DNA of 64,000 bases from Lama guanicoe (Eukaryota). Location: the NCBI GenBank assembly GCA_013239625.1, contig MU054187.1, positions 11,305,231-11,369,230 of the forward strand, written 5' to 3'. The position numbers were made by a program, and so were the translations under genes. Shown here piece by piece: positions 1 to 13,861 of the stretch. Within the stretch, counting starts at the first letter, position 1. Each line of letters opens with the position of its first letter. The notes beneath the pieces are model-generated. The model did no database searches, had not been told where the DNA came from, and saw nothing but the letters and a program-made list of their open reading frames with translations.

Positions 1-2354
1 TCTAAATTGACTTTACATTCATTGTAATAAAAATGATATATGTGCACAATATATAACTTGCAGATAGGTGCTTGCAAATGCCACACTTGCATATATTAAT
101 CTTTCTAAAGCCTTTCGAAAATTGTATGGGTCTGATGAATAGTATATTGGGGTGATTGCTCAGAATTTTTATTATGTTGTATTATATTTGTTGACAAATC
201 ACTCTTCTTTCATATTTAAATTAAATAGCATGGGTCATTTGATAAATGGGGAAATTTTTAAATTTACCTGTATCTTATGAATATTATTAAATATTCTATC
301 AAATAAACTTTATACATATATTTTTAATAGTAGGATGATATAATTTTACATAAAATAGTTTCTTTATAAATCACTTCATAAAATGGTAAAATGATTATAA
401 AAATTCATGGAGGGGGTCTCTGAGATCATTTATTACAACAAGAATTCACTAATCAGAAGAGTTGGAAAACTGTTTTAATCTACTTTAATTATTTCCCAAA
501 GAGTTCAAGCACACATAGCAGATGCACCATCGAAGGAACAAGCACACTAGCTAGATACCTTAACAGTCTCCTCTTGTTTTCTCACCACAATTTGTTTTAT
601 CTTGTATAGCATTTTAAAACATACATGCATATACACCCACACCCAGGCAATCTGTGAACATGACATGTACAGATTTCACCAATCAATTGCATATGCACTT
701 AAGTAAATGAAAATAGCTCCTAGATTTTTAAGAGAAGAAGCGTCTGGGAAATCTTTAACAACTTAGAACAATTACCCAAAGAATTGATTTATGCTCCTGG
801 TATTCAAACCGCCAAGGTCAAGGTCAGCCTTGATTGGCATTTAGATTTTCATGTATTTCAAAAAGTGTATAATTTTAATTAAGTCCTAAATCACTTTAGA
901 GGAAAGTATGCAAAGAATATTATTTTCTTAGTACAAAATCTCAGGGATTTAGCTGGGCTCCCTGAGGTCTGTACAAATCGCTTAATCCCTTTTCCTCAGT
1001 TTTTGGTTGGGAATTATACCCCTACCATATAGAGATGGGATGATCAAATACTCCAACATCTATAAGAAGCTTTGAAGTTTAGTAATACGGATGTGCAGGC
1101 TGGGGGGCAGCGTTCTTGTTCTCATTGTGCTTCGTGACTTTCCTGACCCGGGGTTTCCCTTGATGTGAGCCCACAACAAAGCCGTCATGGCGTTTGTGTG
1201 TTTCCACCTGCCACATTACTGGCTGCTTGTGTTTACACACAAAGCATTCGCTCATTGGTAAATCAGTGTGAACTAAGATTATTTGACATTTTTCAACGTT
1301 TCCATTCTTTTAACTTACCTTCAGAGTCACCAGAATGATACAGGTCAGAAATACTCTTACTGCACACACCTTGCCCTGGATGACAATGCTTATTTCACAG
1401 ATAATGATTTTCACACACATACACACACACAAAGTTGTGGCATTTTATAGCCCACTTAAATGAATAAGTGACCAGAAGGGCTAATATTTAAAATATGTGT
1501 ATGTGATGAGATCAAATATTGCCAAATCAGTGTGACTTCCTGAAATTCCAGTAAAAATGAGAACAGGAAGACGATTTCGTTGACATCCATTAGAAGAAGT
1601 AGCTTCAATAAAATAAGATGCATTTCTCTTTTCCTTTGTCAATTTCACTTCAGAATCATGTAAAGTCTTATATTCCAAACTGAAGCCAAGACACACCTCT
1701 CTATTACTACTGAGATTTAACGGATTTTGCCACCCTTTCATAGAACTCATTTGCAAAAAAAGAAAAGTAAATTTCATAAAATGAGTTTGTCACATAAGTA
1801 AGGACTCACTTGAAATATTAATCTATTTAAATTAATACTTTTTCATACCTACACATTTCTCTAAAATATTAAACGAAGGATAATTTAAATTGTTTTTAGT
1901 TACAATGTGCTATGTGATTATGAGAAATGACAATGCAATAATATAAATCATACTGAATGCACTCTACATTAAAAAAATGAACCCAGTCACATCAGTGTAA
2001 TCTTATTAGGAACTACACATGTATTCAAATGGTATACTTTGAAAGTTTTGCAGCTCTTTGTGCATAGTAGGTGTTCATTATTTGCCAAAGGCCTAAAACA
2101 TGAATGAATGAATGAGTGGACAAATGAATGAATTGCCTTCAGAGATCATATAATATTTTTAATATAAAAAACAGTGATCAATATTATTCTGATCCCCAAC
2201 CCTCTCCTCCTCCATTACCACAGAAATACATTTTAATAATGTTTATGTATCATTTGACTGAAGAAGCTAATTCATGCCATTCTGTTAGTTGGGGATACAG
2301 GTGAATAAGATGATTCTACAGAGGCTAAATGAATTGAGGATTTTAAATGCTTAT

Positions 2355-2438
2355 GGGGGAGGGTATAGCTCAGTGAGAGAGTGCATGTGTGGTATGCATA
2401 AGGTCCTGGGTTCGATCCCCAGCATCTCCATCAAAAAA
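2355..2438 (+). mobile_element. tRNA-derived SINE, camelid Vic-1-like
   Basis: GGGGGAGGGTATAGCTCAGTG (A box) ... GTCCTGGGTTCGATCCCCAGCA (B box) followed by a short A tail; same family as four other copies in the window. Confidence 0.85.
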
Positions 2439-2639
2439 CTTTAGGATATAGCTGATATTTTATAATTTTTTATAAATCCTTTCCTCCACTATTCATTCCA
2501 TGTTCTTTTTCTGTAAAGTATATTTCTTGATTGATTTCTATATTGATTTCAGAATCATTATTAAGTGATTCACCAAAGTGTCTTATTTATTTGGTATCTT
2601 ATTCACCGTGACAGTGAAATAGGATAAGCAGTGATTTTT

Positions 2640-3490
2640 AAAGTCAGAAGTATCACAAGAAGGGAACACGAGTGCATGTCTAAAAGAAGTACTTATTCTG
2701 GTGAATACAGTCCCTCTAAACACAGCAGATCCAGCCCAAGCCACCTTCTGCCAGAATATGATGCCCTGTCGGGAGGTCGGCTTTGATATCTGCGACAGAC
2801 CAATGGTGCGTTAACTGGCAGTAGTTGGATCCACCTTCATGAAAAGGAGACCAGATCCGTTAGTCTCTGTCCCTGCTGCCACAGTGCTTGTTGACAATCT
2901 TGAGGCAGCTGGGATGGAGACGACTACCCACAGAGCAGATCATTACGGCCACTAGATCTTTGAGAACCTCTTCACCAAGGAACCCTTATGATGAACATCC
3001 ATTTGGGGCAGACATATCCACCCAGTCTAAGAGGTCTAGTTACATAGCTCTTCCCCAAACTTTCTTTTCACCAGTCATCCAGTTGTGGCCTCCCCAAGTC
3101 CCTGACCATCTGATCAAACCACTCCTCACTACCCAAGAATCAGTGGAGCTTCAAATCAAAAGCAAAATCTTCTTTCGGGCCAGTGGAGTGGCAGGTGAAA
3201 GTCTCAGCGTTCCTCACTTGGCGGATCTGGCTTCCCCAGTATCCCTCAGAGCCAGGACGGGCAGGCTAATGCTGCAGCAGTCCCCTGCCGGCTGGTGTGG
3301 GCCCATCATGCTCGACCACTCAACTGGCCTTCACAACACCCCAGGAGGAACGGATATAGATTGGAAGATGGCAGAGGAGCAGGCGTCCTGGCACTGTGAG
3401 CCACCTGCTCTTAGAATAAGTTTGTACCTTCAGGACCTACTCAAGCCACTCAGTGATGACATGCCGCCATGTAGACCCAAATAACAAGAC
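2640..3490 (-). mobile_element. ERVL (HERVL/MuERV-L class) internal pol relic, RNase H to integrase region, with stops and frameshifts
   Basis: Manual minus-strand translation gives VGPEGTNLF*EQVAH (~3440-3396), GLIRWSGTWGGHNWMTGEKKVWGRAM*LDL (~3120-3030), EEVLKDLVAVMICSV and VFTRISTSFRHALVFP. These are collinear with ERVL pol motifs as recalled: AGPEGTSKLHEEVAQ, WSGTWK..DWKIGDKEIWGRGMW.DL, EEDFNNQVDRMTRSV, VLTGIDTYSGYGFAFP. Confidence 0.85.
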
Positions 3491-4125
3491 GTTCACTGTG
3501 TATTTTCTACCCAAAGACCTCATGCACTCCTCTGTCACTTCAAACCGTATCACTCATAGAAATATCTAAAAATTATTAAATTTTGGATAGCTCACCTAGG
3601 TTTTTGTGCAGTCAGAACTTATTACTCTACCAAAAATAATGGTTTTTCACCTAAGAAGATAGTCTATAGTTTAGTCTACTTGTCTTAATTGACTTTATTC
3701 TAACATTCACTATCAAATACATTATTATCTTTATGAAACCGCTCTCGACTCTAAACCATTCTTATTGCTTATATCAACAGATGATTTTATATAGATCATA
3801 TGCCACACCTTCATTTAAATTTATTCATTTCCATCTCAGCCACTGCATTCGCCTCTTTTTCACTTTTGTATTCCGATCAGACACTCTTCAGCCTGTGCCA
3901 AGAGCTGGTTTTGTGTTAAGCATCCTCATCAATGTCGATTTGATTTTAGCAATTCAGCTACTTACATAGCACTTCCAGATTGTGTGAAAAAGTGCTTTAT
4001 CTTTTGCAAAGTACTTTACATGCACGATTTCAGTTTCGAGTCACAATAAATCTAGGAGGTGAGGGAAGTAGCGAAGGTATTCATTCTTTCTTTCATTAAT
4101 TTAACTTCTTTCACTTACCTTATCA

Positions 4126-4251
4126 GTAAACAATTTTTAGAGCAGTTTTGGGTTTACAGAAAAATTAAGCAGAGCGGTCCCATGTCTTCGCTCTCTCACA
4201 TACAGTGTTCTTTATTACTGACATCTTGCACTAATGTGGTACGTGTGTTAC
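4126..4251 (-). mobile_element. L1MC-type 3' end fragment
   Basis: TTTTTAGAGCAGTTTTGGGTTTACAGAAAAATTAAGCAGA...TGTGGTACGTGTGTTAC is the reverse complement of the L1MC 3' terminus. Confidence 0.65.
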
Positions 4252-7227
4252 TGCACTTTCTATCACCTACAACTGAAGGAAGGCAGGGTAATATATCTAT
4301 GTTAATTTTCATTAAAATATATAAAATTGGTTTCAAAATTTTATTTGAACTTGACTGTTGAAGGCCTTCTGTCAACTGAAAGATATGTAAGTTGCTATTT
4401 TTAAGAGACTGTCACTGATTAGTAAACCCTACAATTATAACCCACAAGGGGAAATCCACATAAATGTCTGAACTTAAGTGACCTAGCCCTAAACATCTGG
4501 ACCTTTTCATTCCGGCAGATTTTGTAATAAAAAAGAAAAAGGGAGGGAAAAAGAATGTTATAGGAAATATACTCTTTAAAATATTTGGATAAATCTATTT
4601 TATTTTCACACTTTTGTTTACACAAGCCACAACTAAGAATCTCAAAGTCTAAATAATATAAAGCAAAAATGGGGCAATACAAACTCAATATCATTAAACA
4701 CTACTTACGGAATATTGAAAGAGTCAAATAAAATGACAGCTGTGAGTTTTCTATCTGCTCTTGTTTATCAAAATGCAAATCGAATCAAGTCATTGATAGT
4801 TCATATTGTGTAATTTATGAATTTACATATAGAAATAATTCATGTTACCGAAATTGAAATATAATCGCGATATAGCAATTTGATTTGCAGTGCAAGATGA
4901 TTTCAACATTATAAAAACAGAATTTAATTGAATTTGAATAAAGTTATTTCCAAGATATGTATGAGATGACTTCGAAACTGGGGGACAAGGGAGTACAACA
5001 AATGTTCCTTCAACGGTGTTTTCCTTCCAGCACTCTCAGTGACGACGTGAAGCCTGCCCTCTGTAAATGGTGCCATCTGGTCCTCCCCAGAAGAGGCCGC
5101 TGAGTATGGGGCTGCCCCTGGTCCAAGGCAGGCTGGCCCTCTCCCCTTCAGGCCAATTTTCTGGTTTGAACGCACATGCTCTGAGGCGTATAAACTGCTT
5201 TACTTCCCTTATTAAGACATTGACATAAGTGTCCCTGGCATAGTGAAGAAAGACTTCAGAATTGAAATGAACCACCCTTGGGGTTTAATGTTCTTGTCAT
5301 GCAGAGTTTCTTCTTTTCTTTCTTCTGTTCCTTTTCCCTTTCTCTTTTTTTTTAATAAAGACTGTAACAGCAGGGAATACACAGACCCTGAAATCGCCAG
5401 AAAATGAAATGTTTCCGCAGCCCTGAGATGCGTTTAGTGCCAAGACAGAAACTTAGGTTCCTCTATTGTCCTTTTGTAAAAAGGAGTTTTTTAAAAAAAC
5501 TCCAATAAAATAGGAATAATTTCAGGGTGATGGGAGACCCCCATGCTTCAGGACATGCTACTCATCATTTGCAGGGTGTTTGGTGATAAAAGAAAGTGAA
5601 GAAAAAGGGAAAATTTCCAAATCAGGTTTCCATCAGCCGAGTACACTAGAGAAAATGGCAGTGGTCGGTTTTGTGTTCATTAAATGACTCTTCAAAGGGA
5701 GAGACTTCAGGCTCAGTGACACCGAGCATCTATTGCTAGATTCATTGGTGGTTTTTGCTTGCAACTTTTTGTTTTATATACTTTTTTCTATTTCTTCTTC
5801 AGTGACATAGCTTCATAATATAAACTTACATGTGTAAACATACATATACACTTACGTACATATATACATACATAGTTGCGTCTTTTTACCTCTTTGAATT
5901 CAAATTGCCGATGTTTCATTATTCTGGAAAACCTCACTCAAAAGAAATTTAGGGTTTTTAATTTTTAAAAAGCAATGAATAGCTCGATAAATATATACCT
6001 ATTTCATTTAAAAACTTAAAAAGTAAGCTATCTTATTTATACATGTATTCTTTTTCTTCTTAAAAAGTTCTTTGATATTTTTCAGGCGGTAACAGTATAA
6101 TATGATTGTTGTAAACAATGATGGTAATAGAATATAAAGACGTAGAAATGCAAAAACAATCCTTTCCCATACCCTCCCAATTCTTCAGGGGAACAGTAAG
6201 CCAAAAATCCTTGGCTGCTATAAAAAAAATTGCATAAACAGTGCTCTCAGAGTATAGGACAGGGGTAGATCTGCCTAGCAGTGTCTCAGAAAGCTTCACA
6301 GAGGTAGTTTACCTACGTCTGAAAGGGGAGATTATCTAAAGTTCGAATTTATTTTGTTGGTTTTCTAAGTAATTCGGTATAATGAGTGTTACGGAGTTTA
6401 CCTTTGTGCGAATCACTCCACTGGGGGCTGCAGGAACTATGAAGGTGAGATAAGATAAGATTTTCACACACATGAAGTACAAAGTATAAGAAGGAGTAGG
6501 GTAAGCACTGATGCAAATGTCCAGAGGAAGAATCCAGAGTTTGGAGAAAGCAGTCGACGCCACTCTGGAGGTGGGACCTGCTTTACCATCTGTCTGCTCC
6601 ATTGAATTCCAGAAGAATATTTGCTTTTTCTGTTCACTCCTTATTCTTTCCTTCATTCAACTGCCATTTACGGAGCACAGACTATCCACCAGACATCAGG
6701 CTAAGTTCTGGTTACATGAGATGTCCGAGAGCATAGGTGAGGGAGCAGATCCTGAAACAGGTTCAAAGAAAGGAGAAAAGCCCAGCCAGGTAACCAGGTA
6801 AGGGTATAGGAGGGAACTGGGTGGGAAACCAGCAGGGAACAGAGGAGAGGTAGTCCAGGAGAGGGAGTCAAAAAACTGCGAAAGGAAGGCTAGGCTGTGT
6901 GATAATTCTCCCTTTCCTCCTTTATTTTTTCCAATGCTTTCTAACCCCTAAATTATTCACTGCCAGTTTTAAGGCATTTTTAAAGCATTTTAAAGCACTT
7001 CAAAGGGACAATTCACGTGCTTACAACGAACCTATGCAGAGCAAGTTTGCTTCTTGTTTTACAGCGGGAGCAGCTGACGTTCTTCCCGGTGCCGATGGAT
7101 TACCCCATTGGCACCCTAGAGTAAAGACACCCTTCCCGGATCCCGGGCCTGTGACCCTTGTGTGACATTCTCCCACTCCCCTGTTGATGCCTTCATTCTT
7201 TCTAAGGACAGGAGTGGAAAGTTCAAT

Positions 7228-7596
7228 ATTTCAAGTTCATCTGTGTTGTAGCATGTTTCAGTACTCTGTTCCTTTTTATGGCTGAATAATATTCCATCAT
7301 ATGGATTATAGCACACTTTGCCTATTCACTCACCTGTTGATAGTCATTTGTTTTTACCTTTTTGCTATCGTGAATAGTGTTGGAAACATTCATGTACAGG
7401 TGTCTCTAGAGACAGAAATCAGATTCGTGGTCACCAGGGCTGGGGAGTGGGGAGTAAATGCTTAATGTACTCTTTTTGGGGTGATGACAAATTTCTGAGA
7501 CTAGCAATGGGATTGCACAACATACTGAATATACTTAATGCCACTGACTTGTGCACCTAAAATAGTAAATGGCATAGTGGGTGTGTGTTACAATAA
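7228..7596. mobile_element. L1MB-type fragment with 5' inversion: minus segment ~7228-7405, plus-strand 3' end ~7406-7596
   Basis: TTCCTTTTTATGGCTGAATAATATTCCAT (antisense L1M 3' region) abuts AGAGACAGAAATCAGATTCGTGG...TTAATGCCACTGACTTGTGCACCTAAAAT (sense L1MB terminus). Confidence 0.8.
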
Positions 7597-9065
7597 GATG
7601 AAGGAATAGCTTACTTTTTCATTTCTCTGGCAGAAGTCCCACTTCCTTTCTCCCGCCCATCACTTCTCATTTGCCCAGGCACCTTCCTCCTCTTCCCATT
7701 TTCACTCAAGCAGAGCTTTGACTCTGGGCAGCTCTGACTCAGGCCTTTGCTTGAAATTGTAGGAAGGAAATGCCCAAAGCAGTCTATTCTACAGCAGAGC
7801 TTACCTGGCCTGGATGGTCCACAGGAAATGGCCTTGGAAGACCCACTCAATTCCACCTCCACATCTGCTCTTGTTCGTCTCTCGTCACTCTGCTGAGATC
7901 TTCGTTTCTGTTAAAATTGCTCCTCAAATACAGACAATGGCAATCCCACCCCAATTCAGCCCCTACCTTAGACTCCAAGCACAAACTCACCCCGCCTGCA
8001 CTTGAAGCCCTTCGTGCTCCTTGCTTTGGGAAGAGGAAATGATCCACGTGGCTCTGTGTGCTGCTGGACACATGCGTCTTCATCAGGATGAGCAGGGAGG
8101 CAGAAAGTCCAGGGGCAAGACTCTTGAGGGTGAGTGACTTCTTACATGTGATCAGCAGAAGCTCCCGGGAGTTAATGGGGCATCCGAGCCGGCATCCAGG
8201 CGTGGAACTCCTCCCACGCTACCTCCCCCTCTAGGCTTCTTGAGTAAAGGGACAGTGAAACTACTCCGTTAGCGCTCTGTTTCTGAGTGTTTGCCTTCAT
8301 CTGCCAATTGGATGAGACTTACTACGTTTCTGAGGAGGTTTTCTGGTTGGTTTTTTTTAGCCATCATGGGTAAGTTTTTCCACCATGCCTAATAATGAGA
8401 ACTGGACTAGTGCTCGGAATTACAGAAGGATCTTCAGGAACTTAGCATTAATGAACAGGCGGATGATTTGCAGTTACCTGCTACACACAAATAGATAGCC
8501 TCAGGCCAAAGTGAGTCTCTAGGGTGGGTTTGCCAGGCAAAACTATATTCTAAAACAGAAGATGGGGGTCCCAGCATTAGGGGAGGGAGGAGGGGAGGGG
8601 TGACCATTGCCTTATAAGCTCGTAGATTGGTTGGTCCTAGTGGGAGAGAATTTTGTCTTTAGGAATTATAATGAAGTATTTTGACATTTTAAATTTAGTC
8701 AAGAGAAAATGTAAAACGATCAGAATCCTCAAACCAAATTTATTTTCACTGATCTCTAGGGAAAAACCTAACAAATGACACAGATGTGTTTGGCTATTCC
8801 CCTTCACTTTCAGGGTGAAAGTGTTGATTTGCCGTCTAGCTTATTACAAAATTCAGCTGCTGACACTCTTTTCTATTTGTCTCCATCCCCTCTGAAGTGA
8901 TTTCTTTCCTCCTGAATAGGAGCCGCCAAAGATAGGTCCCTGACTCAGAGTTGACTGACTGACATTTTTAGACAAGCTTGTTCTGAATCACAGGAAGCTC
9001 CTTAGATGCTTACCTAGAAGATAGATGAGTTACCATCTTGTTCTCTGTATCTTTTTCGAATAGAA

Positions 9066-9835
9066 TTTTTTTCAAACAACAGATTTATTGAGATATAACC
9101 CCTTATACTATAAAATTCACCCAGTTACAATCTACACCTTTGGACTTTAGGTGACAGTGATATGTCAGCGTAAGTTCATCAGTTGTTAACAAATGTCCCA
9201 CTCGGGTGGGGGATGTGGATAATGGGGAGTGGTGCGTGTGTGGGAGCAGGGGGTACGTGGGAAATGTCCGTACCTTCTGTCCAATTCTGTGTGAACCTAA
9301 AATTGCTTAAAAAAATAAAGTTTTTTAGTTACAAAAAGTTTAACTAAAAACTAAATGAAATATACACTTTAAAGATCTTCAGTATATTCACAGATTTGGG
9401 CAACCACCAGCACAATAATTTTAGAATGTTATCATCACCCCCAAAAGAAACTTCATTCCCATTAGCAGTCACTTCCCACTCCCTCTCCCCACCCCACCCC
9501 AGTTCCTGGCAACCACTAATGTACTTTCTGTCTCTATGGATTTGCTTATTTTGGATATTTCATAGAAATGGATTCATGCAGTATGTGGTCTTTTGTGACT
9601 GGTTTATTTCACTTAGCATAATGTTTTCAAGGTTCAACCACATTGCAGCCTGTGTCAGTACTTCATTCCTTTTTATAGCAAAGTAATATTGCCATATATG
9701 GCTATGTCACATTTGAGTTCTCACTCGTTGAATGATGGACAGTTGGCTTGTTTCCATCTACGCTATTATGCATGATGCTGCTCCGAACATTGGCGTGCAA
9801 GTTTTTGTGTGGACCTATGTTTTCATTTCTCTTGG
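9066..9835 (-). mobile_element. L1MB 3' end, interrupted by a nested L1MC insertion
   Basis: TTTATTGAGATATAAC...AAAATTCACCC, then after the insertion CCTGGCAACCACTAATGTACTTTCTGTCTCTATGGATTTGC...GTTTTCATTTCTCTTGG, which is typical antisense L1MB. Confidence 0.85.
9138..9358 (+). mobile_element. L1MC1-like 3' end nested in L1MB
   Basis: TGGACTTTAGGTGACAGTGATATGTCAG...TGTGAACCTAAAATTGCTTAAAAAAATAAAG plus an A-rich tail; flanked by AATCTACAC (9129-9137) and AATATACAC (9359-9367). Confidence 0.8.
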
Positions 9836-11983
9836 ATTCAATATAAATTTTGATTTAATATAGACTAGATCTGACTCTCAATTACCTGGGTAGGTGCTCT
9901 GAGTGCTTGAGTGGGCAGGTACCTGAGAAGTGTGAGAAGAGGGAACAAAAGAGAACATTAAGGAGTAAGTAGATGGGACTTAGTTCACTGGCTTCTCAAT
10001 TTGCAAATCGCTCTAAAATAATACAAACTAATGTCATAACATCTTAGAATCATCTCACTTTATGTGGGAAGCTGAGAACCCAGTAAAGTTAAAGAACTCG
10101 CTCAGTGATGGTTGAACACCAAGCAGGACCCAGGGCCTATGGTTTATAGTTCTCAGGACACCGTCTTCTGTACCATTTGCACCACATTAGCATACTCCGT
10201 GATCCGCGAGGTGTCTCATTTGAAAAATTTGCCAAGGACCCTATTTAAAAAAAAGTTTAGAATTGACTTGGATTGTCTTCATTTTACTGGAAAGGGACAT
10301 TCAATTTCTCTGCTAATCAAAGATAATGTTTATGGAGAGTTTACTACGTACCTTGTACCAAGCTGAGTGCTTTGCCTGAGCTACCATATTTAATTTTGAG
10401 AACAACCCCATTTCACAAACAAGGGAATCAAGGCTTAAAGATAAGAATTTACACAATGTAATACATGGTGAAGAAGAAAGCTAAAGCCAGAAGCGTCTCA
10501 CTCAACAAGACTCAATTCTTAAGTGCTCTGCTGTGCTGGTAGAAATACCTAAAACTTCCTGTCTCCTTCCTTCACCCTCCCACTCCCAACTGCTGTTTTC
10601 ATAGGTTATGAGTTTGAGACAACAGACAACCTACGAATGGGACATGCGTCAATTGGGAACGTCTTGTCTATACATTTATAACTGTACTTCAGCAAAAATA
10701 TGAAATCATTCCATTTATAAATAAAATCACATATATTCTTCTCCAAAATTATCCACAGAAAGGCAATGTTCTTCATCTGAAACCAGATAAGCAAATGCCT
10801 TTTGAACTCAAGTGCAAACTTCAATTGTTAGTGGCTCCTAGAATATTGTGTCCAGTATTCTATAGATTATTATGAAGCCTTGACCAGATTCAGGAGAAGA
10901 TTGCAGTGATCTGTTAATGAATTGGTATGGAAATGGGGCGCGAAAGACATGCGTTTGCTTTTCCTGAGTGTTTAAAACATTCTCACATCAAATTAAAGAT
11001 CGTAGAATGTGTTTGTGTGTGTCCCTTGTAAATGTTAGTTTTTCCATAGGTATGCCCACTTGTTCTTTTTCTTAACTTTAAAAAACAAGATTCTGTTAGT
11101 GTTTTATTTAGGGCACGTGGTAGCTAACTAAAGAAGAATAAGAAAATCAAGGGTTCTATATAAACATTATATTAAATTTAAAATCCTTCAATATAATATT
11201 TGGATAACTTCTATGACCAAAGAAAGTTTATGAACTAGTACAGTGATCATATTTTTGAAACCTAAATTAGAACATACAATTCCATAATGACTTTTAAAGG
11301 AATGGCTACCTTTATTGGCATAAAGATATTTTGCAAAGATATTCAAATTAAATAGCATTTAAGGATATTTTCAATAAATCACCTTTATATTAAAAGTGAT
11401 ATGTAAAAGATACACAAATTCATTCTATCTGGGAATGGCCCTGGAAAATATAGGACTGTTGGTTTAAACAGCAGGACAAGAATTCGGGGGCTGCCACTCT
11501 CTGATTTCCCCAAAGAAATGTTCTTCCACCTTGCCAGACCCATCGCCTCCTGAAATTCACTCACCTCCTTTAGCTTCTGGCTAAGATCCAAAAGTTGGAG
11601 ATCAACTGTTCTATCAGCAAGGAACAGACAGTTCTCTCCAGAAGGAGCAAACAGTCTTCAGAGCAAACTCAGTCAGGCTCTGAGGGCGCGGTTCCTAGAG
11701 GGAGAATCATGCCACCTCCTCTACGAGCTGTAATTGCAGGGTTATTCACATCAGAATTCACGGTTCTCACCCTGTCGTACTCCTGAAATCCCCCATTCTA
11801 ATCATGTGCTCACTCTCTAAGGGTGACTTCGTTTTAGCTTTGGTTTTTGTTTTCATTTTCGTTTTCCGCGGTGACCAGGAAATCTGTTATTTTCATGAGT
11901 GGTCCAGGAATTCCTTCGCAGAGTATGAATTCCTCCAAATTCCAGCTCTATTGTCCTTGCTCACGACCTTTAGCCCCAGTTTA

Positions 11984-11987
<4 letters not shown>

Positions 11988-12041
<54 letters not shown>
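11988..12041. repeat. Pure poly(T)54 tract
   Basis: Uninterrupted T run, counted directly. Confidence 0.95.
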
Positions 12042-12042
<1 letters not shown>

Positions 12043-13597
12043 TCTTAACTTTGGCATCACTTGTCAGACCCTGGATAAGCATATTTCTCTTTTTCCCCCA
12101 TAAATATAAAAAACGGGTGCCAGTATATTAACTAAGTTGAACTTCAAGGTAAACCAACTACCCTTCTTTAATGCTCATCAATAATCCTTTCATTTTATCA
12201 TGTTTTCTTGCCTCTTCCTACCCTGTTAGATATTTGTTCTTAAAGGTTGAATCAAGCTTCTTCACTCCTGGATTTTTATTCCTCGCATTCTTTGATCCTA
12301 CATTGAAATCATAATGCTGGATTTGTGACATCACTCTCAATTGTTTTCAGATGGTTTCTCAGGCTGATCAAAAAGAAGGTGAAGCCAGTATATGTTAGTA
12401 AAAAAGTAGGCATTCAAACAGGAAGACGGTTCAGAAAAAAAATATATATATATATGTAGAATAATAATGTGGAAAATACAAAACAACTATAGGTAAATTG
12501 CCTTTTCTCTGTATCTTAAAATAGTCTTTGATCAATTGCGCCAATGTATGAAAATTTGAACTCTAAAGAGGCTGGGCAGCTCTCTAAACCCAAACATCAA
12601 AAGCTTTGCTTTCATTAGAAAAATTTAAATCCATGATACTTTGAATGGATTTGAAATTCTCTAAAATGAGCTCTAATAATAACCTTTACAAACAGGAAGG
12701 AGAAAAACAGTAGGTTACGTGGCTTCGTGCTACCATTTTCTCTGGTACATTAGTTTTCCAAAGGTGGCATTTTGGCTTGTACCAAATAAAAGGGCAAAGG
12801 TTACCAAACGCGAGCCTGGGGAAGCCAGAGAGAGAAGAGCTGTGACAATGGAGGGGGAAATTCAACCTGTCAGCTCTGAATGGATAGAAATAGCATGTGT
12901 GAAATGGACAACTAGCCACAGCACGGCACCTGAAGAAGGGCCAGGAAATGAATTCCACTAGCACTCCTGTTTACTGTATTAGAGCTGCAGGTCTTGGGGG
13001 TCCATTCAAGATTCCTAGAGACAAATGCCTGGGTCTCTGATAACTTCGGTGATATTCCGTCGTTGTTCAGAGAGAAATTTAAACAAATAAAACATCAGGG
13101 TGAGAATGGTAGAAAAATGATGCAGAAGAAAGCATAAAGAAAGAATAAAAATCACCCGTCATCCAACCTCTCAGGAGGCACTGTCAACAATTTGGTTCAT
13201 TTGCATCCTCTCACATGCGTTGTTTTACAAAGGTGAAACCAGCTTGCATATGTAATTTTCATTTCTGCCCTTTTTATTTAGTATTATAACCCAAATATTT
13301 TACCGTGTCATGAAAATGTCTTTATAACCAGTGTTGTTAATGTTTATAGAACATTCTGTCATGAACACACAGCCCTTAATTTACTTAACCGTGATTAATT
13401 CAACAACGAACTCTTTCCCCATTCCTTTGTCCTATTCCAATATATTTTCCACCGGGCAACTAAGAGTGAGCACTTAAAAACTCAGAGTTGATCTTGTTAT
13501 TCTCCTTTTTAAAAAATTCATTCAACAACTTATCATTGCTCATAGAAAAGATCACTATCCTTAGCAGGCTCTTCGGGGTTTTATATCCTTGCTTCTA

Positions 13598-13723
13598 CAT
13601 CACCATCACGTGGGAACTTCGAAATGCCAAACTTCTACCTCTTCCCAAAACAACTGAATCAGAATCTGCATTTTTATAAGATCCTGAAGGACTCCCACGC
13701 ACATTAGGATTGAGCAGGGTTGG
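13598..13723. mobile_element. MER5-type (hAT-Charlie) DNA transposon fragment
   Basis: CATCACGTGGGAACTT...ACTGAATCAGAATCTGCATTTTTATAAGATCC...GCACATTA resembles the MER5 core. Confidence 0.6.
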
Positions 13724-13861
13724 TCTTCATGATCTGATTCTCCTGTCACTGCACTAGCCTCACTGGGACCAGGCTCCCCAGGGTCCCTGTGGTCCAGCAG
13801 CAGGTACATGTCCTCAGTGCCTCACTCACCATGCCCCTTCCCCACAGAGAGCGTTCACAGG

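Noticed and set aside
2888..3484. 198-aa ORF, the longest in the track
   Set aside because: Non-ATG start, no recognisable protein family, and antisense to a decayed ERVL pol
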